NCBI GenBank assembly: GCA_963747905.1
Contig: CAVVHF010000018.1
Coordinates: forward strand, 1,135-65,134
From: an uncultured bacterium
GTDB taxonomy: Bacteria; Patescibacteriota; Minisyncoccia; UBA6257; 2-01-FULL-56-20
Reading direction: 5' to 3'
DNA length: 64,000 nucleotides
The translations under genes were made by a program, and so were the position numbers. Position 1 is the first letter of the stretch; each line of letters starts with the position of its first letter. The notes under the pieces are model-generated. The model worked only from the letters and a program-made list of their open reading frames with translations, did not search any database and was not told where the DNA came from. Below are positions 58,101 to 64,000 of this stretch, piece after piece.

Positions 58101-59072
58101 CTATTCCGCTAAACACGCATTAAATGCGGTCACCTGGGTGTCGTACGTGTCGACGGCAGTCTTGGTCTCGGCAGCGAGGGCGTTATATTGCGCGGCGAGA
58201 TTATTGTAATCCTCCACCTGCGCATTGTACGCAGGGCCGGATTGCGGGGACATCGCGTCAATGGCGGCTTTGTCGGCGGTGAGTTCCACGGACGTGGAGC
58301 TGATCTGCTGCTCGGAAAGATTGATGCTGTTTTCTAAATTCGCATCCGGCGCGGTGCAATCCGATGACGGCCTGCCGAAGATCTGTACCGCAAGCCATGT
58401 CTCCTGTCCTTCAAACATCCCTTCGCGCACGACGACCCCGATCTGCGTGTAGTGCGTGTCCAAAATGTTTGCGCGGTGGCCGGGGCTATTCATCCACGCG
58501 GTGACGACACCAGCGTCGCCGGCATAATTGCCAAGCGCAAGATTCTCGCCGAGCGCAAGATGTGTGTATCCGACACTTGACGCCACGGTGATTGCGCTCT
58601 CCCCTTGTGGTCCAACATGCGCGAAATATTGCTGCGTGAACATATCGTCAAGGCGCAGCGTGGCAATGTCATCGAGCGTCGCGTTCTCCGCGAGTGGCGG
58701 CAGATTGCCATTCGCAGCGCGCTGGTCGTTCGTCTCGGCGATCACGCCCGCGACCGTCAACGCATTTGTTTTCTTTGGCGCAACCTTCGTTGCCTGCTGT
58801 ATCGGCGGCGGCTGGGAAAACCCAGACTGGCTGCTGGTGGGCGCAGGAGCGGCAGGATTCTCGAACGACTCAAGGCTCTGCAACGGCAAAGAAAGAGATT
58901 TCTGGAAATACCACAAAGCGCCGACGGCGATGATTACTACGCCGGCGATAATGACCAGTCGCCGTCGCGCCTTTTTTTTGCGCAATACAGCAGGCACGTC
59001 GTGCGAAGGCGGCGTCGGTGTGTCCATCACCGGAGGCGATGGCGGCATATCTTGTGGGTTGATGTCGTTCAA
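58101..59072 (-). CDS. membrane-anchored CAP/SCP/PR1-like domain protein
   Basis: Pro-rich N-terminus, TM anchor and CAP motifs (GENLALG...WMNSPGHRANIL...YTQIGV). Confidence 0.65.
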   Translation of the reverse strand: MNDINPQDMPPSPPVMDTPTPPSHDVPAVLRKKKARRRLVIIAGVVIIAVGALWYFQKSLSLPLQSLESFENPAAPAPTSSQSGFSQPPPIQQATKVAPKKTNALTVAGVIAETNDQRAANGNLPPLAENATLDDIATLRLDDMFTQQYFAHVGPQGESAITVASSVGYTHLALGENLALGNYAGDAGVVTAWMNSPGHRANILDTHYTQIGVVVREGMFEGQETWLAVQIFGRPSSDCTAPDANLENSINLSEQQISSTSVELTADKAAIDAMSPQSGPAYNAQVEDYNNLAAQYNALAAETKTAVDTYDTQVTAFNACLAE

Positions 59073-59074
59073 AG

Positions 59075-59983
59075 CTAGTTCTTCAAATAACGGCGCACTG
59101 CCCAGAAACTGGAGAGTCCTCCAATCACCACGCCGAATAAAAGTTCATAGATAAAAAGCTGGAGGATATGCGTATAGAAATACTGGAAGATGTTCAGCCC
59201 CGGGATGAACTCATTCAGATAGGGCGAGACGAAATAGAGCACGGGCGCAAACACGATGAGACTGACCAGTGCCGCGATCAATCCCCACAACATCCCCTCC
59301 ACCACGAACGGCCCGCGTACCAAGCTGTTTGAAGCGCCCACCACGCGCATCACGCCAATCTCCTCGCGATTGGCATAGATGGCAAGGCGGATCGTGTTGA
59401 ACATCACGAGCCCCGCCACGAGCGCGAGGAAAATAGTCACGATCCATCCCCCGAGGTTGACGTCGCGCACGATCGCCGCGAGGCGATTGATCACATCCTG
59501 GTTCTGCGCGTAGCTGATTGTGTCAATGTATTGGGAAAGGTCGGGTGAACTCAGGTAATTGTTAATGGCGCCGTACTCGCTCGGGTCCTTTGCCGTGACA
59601 TTGAGCGATGCCTCGAGCGGATTTGTGTCGAGCTCGTTCACGGCCTGGCTGACCGTCGGATCGCTCGCATGATTTTGTTGGAACGTGGCGAGTGCCTGAT
59701 CCTGCGAAATGTAATTCACACTTGCCACCTGTGAGAGCCCTTCGAGCGATTGCTGGATGTTCAAGATCTCATCCTCTGACGTGTTGGTATTAAAATAAAC
59801 ACTGATGTCAATCTTGCTTTGGATAGCGTTCGCCGCCGCGTGCGTGATGACGCCGAACATAATAAGCCCCAAAAATCCGATTGACGCGAGCGTCATGATG
59901 GCGACCGTCGCCGTGGACAGCCAACCGTTGCGCCAGAAGTTCTTGAGGCCGAAATGGAATATGCGCGAGATGATGGTGAACAT
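59075..59983 (-). CDS. ftsX: cell division ABC transporter permease FtsX
   Basis: 4-TM topology with a large periplasmic loop; follows ftsE. Confidence 0.8.
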   Translation of the reverse strand: MFTIISRIFHFGLKNFWRNGWLSTATVAIMTLASIGFLGLIMFGVITHAAANAIQSKIDISVYFNTNTSEDEILNIQQSLEGLSQVASVNYISQDQALATFQQNHASDPTVSQAVNELDTNPLEASLNVTAKDPSEYGAINNYLSSPDLSQYIDTISYAQNQDVINRLAAIVRDVNLGGWIVTIFLALVAGLVMFNTIRLAIYANREEIGVMRVVGASNSLVRGPFVVEGMLWGLIAALVSLIVFAPVLYFVSPYLNEFIPGLNIFQYFYTHILQLFIYELLFGVVIGGLSSFWAVRRYLKN

Positions 59984-60666
59984 TATACTAAAATATATTT
60001 TCCTTTCTGTTCGTCGCGGATGAGGCGGCCCTTATCCAATGTTATCACTCTTTTCTCGAGGCTGTTAATGACCTCCTTATCATGTGTGGCGAGAACCACG
60101 GTGGTGCCCAGCTGGTTGATTTTCTCGAGCAATTTGATAATTTCAAAGGTATGGAATGGGTCGAGATTGCCCGTCGGTTCGTCGGCAATCACGACCTCCG
60201 GCCGGTGGATCATCGCGCGCGCAATCGCGACGCGCTGGCGTTCACCGCCTGAAAGTTCGTTCGGAAAATTCTTCATCTTATCCCCCAACCCTACCATATC
60301 AAGCACCTGCGGAACGAGTTCCGCGATCTCCCGCTGCGGCCGCCCGGCGACTTCAAGCGCAAATGCCACATTTTCGTACGCCGTTTTGGTGGGCAGTAGG
60401 CGGAAATCCTGGAACACGACGCCTATGTGCCGACGGAACGCCGGCAGTTCATTATCCTCCAATTTATTCACTTCATATTGCCCAAAAAAAACGCGACCCT
60501 TGGACGGTTTCTCCTCTCCGATCAATAACTTTATAACAGTGGACTTTCCCGCGCCGGAACGACCTGCCAGAGAAACAAATTCTCCGGGGTCAATTTCAAA
60601 ATTCACATCCTCAAGCGCGACCCCATGGCCCGTGTAATGTTTGGAAACTCCTTGAAAAACAATCAC
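59983..60666 (-). CDS. ftsE: cell division ATP-binding protein FtsE
   Basis: Walker A GRSGAGKST; signature LSGGERQRVAIARA; Walker B VVIADEPTGNLD. Confidence 0.9.
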   Translation of the reverse strand: MIVFQGVSKHYTGHGVALEDVNFEIDPGEFVSLAGRSGAGKSTVIKLLIGEEKPSKGRVFFGQYEVNKLEDNELPAFRRHIGVVFQDFRLLPTKTAYENVAFALEVAGRPQREIAELVPQVLDMVGLGDKMKNFPNELSGGERQRVAIARAMIHRPEVVIADEPTGNLDPFHTFEIIKLLEKINQLGTTVVLATHDKEVINSLEKRVITLDKGRLIRDEQKGKYILV

Positions 60667-60829
60667 GTAGTTAATGATACACTATTTTCCAAAAATAATC
60701 ACTGCTGGGGGATATTAAATTATTTTCCTTTCTAATTTACTTACGCGGAGATCGAGATCTGCAATATCCGCACGAGTACGAAGCTCCTTGCTGTTAATTT
60801 CCTAAAGTTAAAAACTTTTTAACAAATTT

Positions 60830-61894
60830 TTAATCCTTTTTTGCAGACGATTTTTGCTCAAGCATAGCTTCTATGAACATATCAATATTCCCCGCCAGCA
60901 CGTCATCCACGCGCGAGGTCTCGGCATTGGTGCGATGGTCCTTCACCATCTGATACGGGTTCAACACGTATGAACGGATCTGATTCCCCCACTCCGGCTT
61001 CACCTTGGTACGCAACGCGCCGACCTCTTCCACTTTTTCCTGCTCCATTAATTGGAACAACCGCGCCTTCAAAATCTTAAGCGCCTGCTCGCGATTTTGC
61101 TGCTGTGAGCGCTGGGCGCGCGAGCTGATCGCAATACCCGTCGGGATGTGTACGATACGCACGGCGGTTTCCACTTTGTTCACATTCTGGCCCCCCGGTC
61201 CGCCGGCGCGAGAAAACTCGAATTTCAAATCGCTCTCCGGAATCTGCAATTTTGATTCATCGAGCACGGGCAGGTCAGGCACGACCTCCACGAGCGCAAA
61301 AGATGTCTCGCGCGAGTGCTTTGCGTTGAATGGCGAAATACGCACAAGGCGATGCACGCCCTGCTCGTTCTTTACATAGCCGTATACGTACGCGCCGCTT
61401 ATCTCAATAGTGTATGAGCGCGGATTATCATCCACCACACGCACCTTCCAGCCACGCTCGCGCGCGTAGCCCTCATACATCACGCCGAGCATCCGCGCCC
61501 AGTCTTCCGCATCCTCGCCGCCTGCGCCCGGATAGATTGCAAGCACGGCCGATTGCTTGTCGTAGTGGCCGATGAAGAGCTGTGTTAATTCAAACTCGCG
61601 GAATTTTCGCTTGATCTCATGAAAATTATTTTCGTCGAATTGCCTTTTGACCGCATCAATGCCCGCACGAACATCTTCATATTTTACGACAACATCATTC
61701 AACTCGCCAAGCTCGCGGATCTTTGCATCAGCGTTTTGCCGGTCGTTCCAAAAGCCGGTGGAGGACATTTCCGCTTCAAGTTCCGCAATCCGTTTTTGTT
61801 TCGCCGCGAGGTCAAGGCGCTCGCCCAGTTGGCGAGCTTCAGTGTCCAATTCGTTGAGTGCTTCTGTATAATCCATAGATGAAGAATGTGACAT
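60830..61894 (-). CDS. prfB: peptide chain release factor 2 (no programmed frameshift)
   Basis: SPF tripeptide and GGQ motif; continuous 354-aa ORF. Confidence 0.85.
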   Translation of the reverse strand: MSHSSSMDYTEALNELDTEARQLGERLDLAAKQKRIAELEAEMSSTGFWNDRQNADAKIRELGELNDVVVKYEDVRAGIDAVKRQFDENNFHEIKRKFREFELTQLFIGHYDKQSAVLAIYPGAGGEDAEDWARMLGVMYEGYARERGWKVRVVDDNPRSYTIEISGAYVYGYVKNEQGVHRLVRISPFNAKHSRETSFALVEVVPDLPVLDESKLQIPESDLKFEFSRAGGPGGQNVNKVETAVRIVHIPTGIAISSRAQRSQQQNREQALKILKARLFQLMEQEKVEEVGALRTKVKPEWGNQIRSYVLNPYQMVKDHRTNAETSRVDDVLAGNIDMFIEAMLEQKSSAKKD

Positions 61895-61896
61895 AA

Positions 61897-62154
61897 CTAT
61901 TTTTCGTCCTCAATGCGGACAAACCTTGGTCCGGGGCCATCCACGTCCCGAGGAAGAGGACGCTCATAGCGCAATCCATCCGCATCGACATATATTCCAT
62001 CACCGACGCTGGTGAGGTCTTTTTTATATTGCTGCTTTCCATTTTCACGCTCACCATCAAAACATAACGCCCCGGCGATCTTTGCGCCTTTTTCATCAAA
62101 ATTAAACTCCATCTGCGGCACCTCTTGAGGTTGTCCCGATAGTTCTTGCCTCAT
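61897..62154 (-). CDS. hypothetical small protein
   Basis: The longest frame's GTG start lies inside tRNA-Thr, so the internal ATG at 62154 is used; no motif. Confidence 0.3.
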   Translation of the reverse strand: MRQELSGQPQEVPQMEFNFDEKGAKIAGALCFDGERENGKQQYKKDLTSVGDGIYVDADGLRYERPLPRDVDGPGPRFVRIEDEK

Positions 62155-62205
62155 ACCACTATTATATATAATACATTCTTTTAGATTCTCACTCGTCCCT
62201 ATCTG

Positions 62206-62278
62206 AGCCACCTCCCGGATTCGAACCGGGGACCTTTGCTTTACGAAAGCACTGCTCTACCAACTGAGCTAAGGTGGC
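62206..62278 (-). tRNA. tRNA-Thr (anticodon CGU)
   Basis: Hand-folded cloverleaf: acceptor GCCACCT/AGGTGGC, D-arm GCTCAGTTGGTAGAGC, anticodon loop TTCGTAA, T-arm CCCGGTTCGAATCCGGG. Confidence 0.8.
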
Positions 62279-62323
62279 ACCTTACCGACACCGGCGCGAC
62301 GCGCGGTACCGCTACCTCAGGAA

Positions 62324-62352
62324 AATATAGCGAAAATAATGAGATTGTGCAA
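62324..62352 (-). promoter_or_regulatory. sigma70-like promoter of tRNA-Thr (TTGCAC-N17-TATATT)
   Basis: Read on the minus strand, about 45 nt upstream of the tRNA. Confidence 0.35.
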
Positions 62353-62393
62353 CCGATAAGCGAGCAGCGAAAAGGAGTAGTAAGGGTGCGACG

Positions 62394-63242
62394 CTATTCC
62401 GGAGTGGTAAGCCAGCGCCACAGGCGCATATACCACGTCAGCTTTTCTTTTGCCGTTCCTTTACGCCGGGTACCTGCCTGAGAAATGATTTTTTTGATCT
62501 TGGGCATCGCGAGCGTCGCCGCGCGGTAACCTTCTTTTATAAGGGGACCGACTTTCCCCCAGTCGGAAGACGTATAGGGTTCAAGGTGGGGTTCGATAAT
62601 AATGTCGGCCAGCTCTCTGTGTATGATACTCTGGCGAAACACCATGATATCCACCGAATTCATCATTACGCCAATAATGCTTTTGGGTCTTTTATAACTA
62701 CGCCATCGGGCGAGGTTCACGCCGATCTTCACGTCGGCATGCAAATCGGCCAGCTCCTTAATCGGAAGATTTTCCACAAGCCCCCCGTCCACGAGGAGAC
62801 GGCCATCTTTTGCGATCGGCGCGAAGAGGCCTGGGATGGCGGTGCTTGCGCGTACGGCATCGACAACGCTTCCCGACCGAAACACTACTTTTTCTCCCGT
62901 GCTGATATCGGTCGCGACAATCGCAAGGGGAATCTTTGCATCTTCGATATTCGCATCATGTCCGATGAGTTTTATAAGGAGGTCACCGACGATCTGATTT
63001 GTCGCGATGCCCATAGCCGAACGGAAGAATCTGGAGAATTTATGCCACGAGAGATTTTCTGCGGCCTTTGCCACATCACTCATTGGTACTCCAAACGCAT
63101 AGCATGCGGCAATGACGGATCCCGCGCTCGTTCCCGAAATACAATCAATGGCTATATCATGATCTTCGAATGACTGAATGACGCCGATATTGGCAATACC
63201 GAGTGCGCTGCCGCCGGAAAGGGCAACGCCGATTTTCTTCAT
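62394..63242 (-). CDS. patatin-like phospholipase
   Basis: Oxyanion GGSALG, nucleophile elbow GTSAGS, and the catalytic Asp in DGG. Confidence 0.8.
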   Translation of the reverse strand: MKKIGVALSGGSALGIANIGVIQSFEDHDIAIDCISGTSAGSVIAACYAFGVPMSDVAKAAENLSWHKFSRFFRSAMGIATNQIVGDLLIKLIGHDANIEDAKIPLAIVATDISTGEKVVFRSGSVVDAVRASTAIPGLFAPIAKDGRLLVDGGLVENLPIKELADLHADVKIGVNLARWRSYKRPKSIIGVMMNSVDIMVFRQSIIHRELADIIIEPHLEPYTSSDWGKVGPLIKEGYRAATLAMPKIKKIISQAGTRRKGTAKEKLTWYMRLWRWLTTPE

Positions 63243-63272
63243 ATTTTTATTGTACGCCTACTTACAACAAAA

Positions 63273-63318
63273 TGTCCCTTTCTGGCGAATTATTCTTATC
63301 ACGAGCCAGAAAGGAACA
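63273..63318. repeat. 14-bp stem hairpin 12 nt downstream of tRNA-Ser whose loop carries GAATTATTCTTATCAC, identical to the loop of the hairpin after tRNA-Lys; probably also the tRNA-Ser terminator
   Basis: TGTCCCTTTCTGGC / GCCAGAAAGGAACA with an 18-nt loop, read directly. Confidence 0.5.
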
Positions 63319-63330
63319 TTTTTGTCGTTG

Positions 63331-63417
63331 CGGAGAGAGTGGGATTCGAACCCACGGTACCCTTTCGAGTACACCGCATTTCGAGTGCGGCGCCTTCGAC
63401 CACTCAGCCATCTCTCC
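63331..63417 (-). tRNA. tRNA-Ser (anticodon CGA) with a long variable arm
   Basis: Acceptor GGAGAGA/TCTCTCC, D-arm GCTGAGTGGTCGAAGGC, anticodon loop CTCGAAA, long variable arm, T-arm GTGGGTTCGAATCCCAC. Confidence 0.8.
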
Positions 63418-63543
63418 CCTGCTCTATGGTTACAGAAACGCGACGCTAATTCAAGAGGCCTAGTGTCCGGATATAGTTATGCCGCCGTCCCTGGTAATAG
63501 GGACAGCGGCCCGTGCAATCTGGGGGTGAAAAATGGTTCAGGT

Positions 63544-63843
63544 CTACGACGCCAATCGCTTGTCTACCTCAGCGCGAATGGATGGCTGTATTTGAATCTC
63601 CCCACGAAGATATTCCCTCTGCGGCCCAGAAAGCAGGTCGAGCTGAAGCTCCGGGGTAATGAGATCCAAAATCCTTTGCACCTTTGGCTCAATGCGGAAT
63701 GGTTGTAGTACTGTGGGAACACTATGTCTCGGGATATGAAGTCCCCGGGTGCGGACTAATGATACAACAGCTGTCGCCATATTCCCCTCGTGGTCTGTTG
63801 CAAAGATTCGCCTTCGGCTTCTTAGTTGAGAAACCAAAAGCAA
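63544..63843 (-). CDS. hypothetical ORF (TTG start or internal Met); coding status uncertain
   Basis: ORF only; the region could instead be non-coding. Confidence 0.2.
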   Translation of the reverse strand: MLLVSQLRSRRRIFATDHEGNMATAVVSLVRTRGLHIPRHSVPTVLQPFRIEPKVQRILDLITPELQLDLLSGPQREYLRGEIQIQPSIRAEVDKRLAS

Positions 63844-63956
63844 CTCCTATCGCCATATCACTCTTTTAAAAAAGAAAAAGCTCTCCGGTGGATAAGCCAT
63901 CGGCAGTTGACTCGCCTACCAAAACGCTTTATACAGATAACAGGACTGGAGGGCAC

Positions 63957-64000
63957 ATGTTAGATATTTCGAATCGATTGCCCAACGGGATTGTTTATCG
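63957..64000 (+). CDS. 5' end of an unidentified gene (MLDISNRLPNGIVY...) running off the window
   Basis: ATG preceded by GGAGGG 6 nt upstream, with a TTGACT -35 and TATACA -10 upstream. Confidence 0.35.
   Translation, partial: MLDISNRLPNGIVY

Noticed and set aside
60667-60829. AGATCGAGATCT near-palindrome between ftsE and prfB
   Set aside because: A short 5-bp inverted repeat with a non-palindromic centre, consistent with chance in an AT-rich spacer.
60830-61894. Expected programmed +1 frameshift in prfB
   Set aside because: The RF2 ORF is continuous from its N-terminus; no in-frame UGA or CUU UGA C site is present, so this RF2 is not autoregulated by frameshifting.
62236-62481. 81-aa plus-strand ORF
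   Set aside because: It overlaps tRNA-Thr on the opposite strand and the patatin gene tail; spurious.
63430-63470. Candidate tRNA-Ser promoter (TTGAAT-N16-TAACCA)
   Set aside because: The -10 element is weak (TAACCA); it is mentioned for completeness but not listed as a feature.
63178-63708. 176-aa plus-strand ORF
   Set aside because: It runs antisense through tRNA-Ser and its terminator hairpin; spurious.

Overview
This 64 kb window looks like a streamlined, gene-dense bacterial genome segment, possibly from a CPR/Patescibacteria-like lineage (my inference). The reasons are that many core proteins are short (UvrC 426 aa, ATP synthase delta 127 aa and epsilon 82 aa, HrcA 230 aa, a hinge-less 749 aa SMC), Shine-Dalgarno sequences are weak or absent, and most genes sit on the minus strand. 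GC is about 55-60 % overall, with several distinctly AT-richer islets.

The core content, in order, is:
- rplU plus a small membrane protein, galT, and the pbp2-mreD-mreC-mreB rod-shape cluster;
- proS, mnmA and efp;
- rpsP with a KH-domain protein, and an IS481-family insertion sequence just upstream of the rpsP promoter;
- tRNA-Ala, followed by a roughly 3 kb low-GC islet of uncharacterised genes;
- a nusB-rnc-smc operon that also carries rnhB and an rpmF gene that the ORF track missed;
- a nucleotide sanitation/salvage cluster around tRNA-Lys (two-domain MazG-like protein, histidine phosphatase, NUDIX, two tandem nucleoside-2-deoxyribosyltransferase-like paralogs, MazG-like, GNAT);
- an hrcA-grpE-dnaK-dnaJ heat-shock operon with a CIRCE-like operator and two extra inserted genes;
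- corA, cysS, dnaB, a low-GC VanY-like peptidase, recR, ychF, an ABC-2 exporter and a frameshifted RadC-like remnant;
- a contiguous uvrB-uvrA-(92 aa ORF)-uvrC operon followed by nth;
- an RsbW-like kinase with a Gmad2 protein, an MGMT-family protein and two tandem beta-carbonic-anhydrase-like genes;
- a complete F1Fo ATP synthase operon (a,c,b,delta,alpha,gamma,beta,epsilon), a CAP-domain protein, ftsEX, prfB, tRNA-Thr, patatin and tRNA-Ser.

The most unusual signals are four:
- the tRNA-Ala-adjacent low-GC islet, which encodes an RNAP alpha-CTD-like protein, a protein with an R-x5-H (HEPN-like) motif and two membrane proteins;
- two long hairpins with an identical 16-nt loop sitting immediately 3' of tRNA-Lys and tRNA-Ser;
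- a 28-bp inverted-repeat hairpin bounding the low-GC VanY cassette;
- small ORFs coupled through ATGA overlaps inside the heat-shock operon and upstream of uvrB.

All protein calls rest on recognised motifs read from the supplied translations. No database search was possible.
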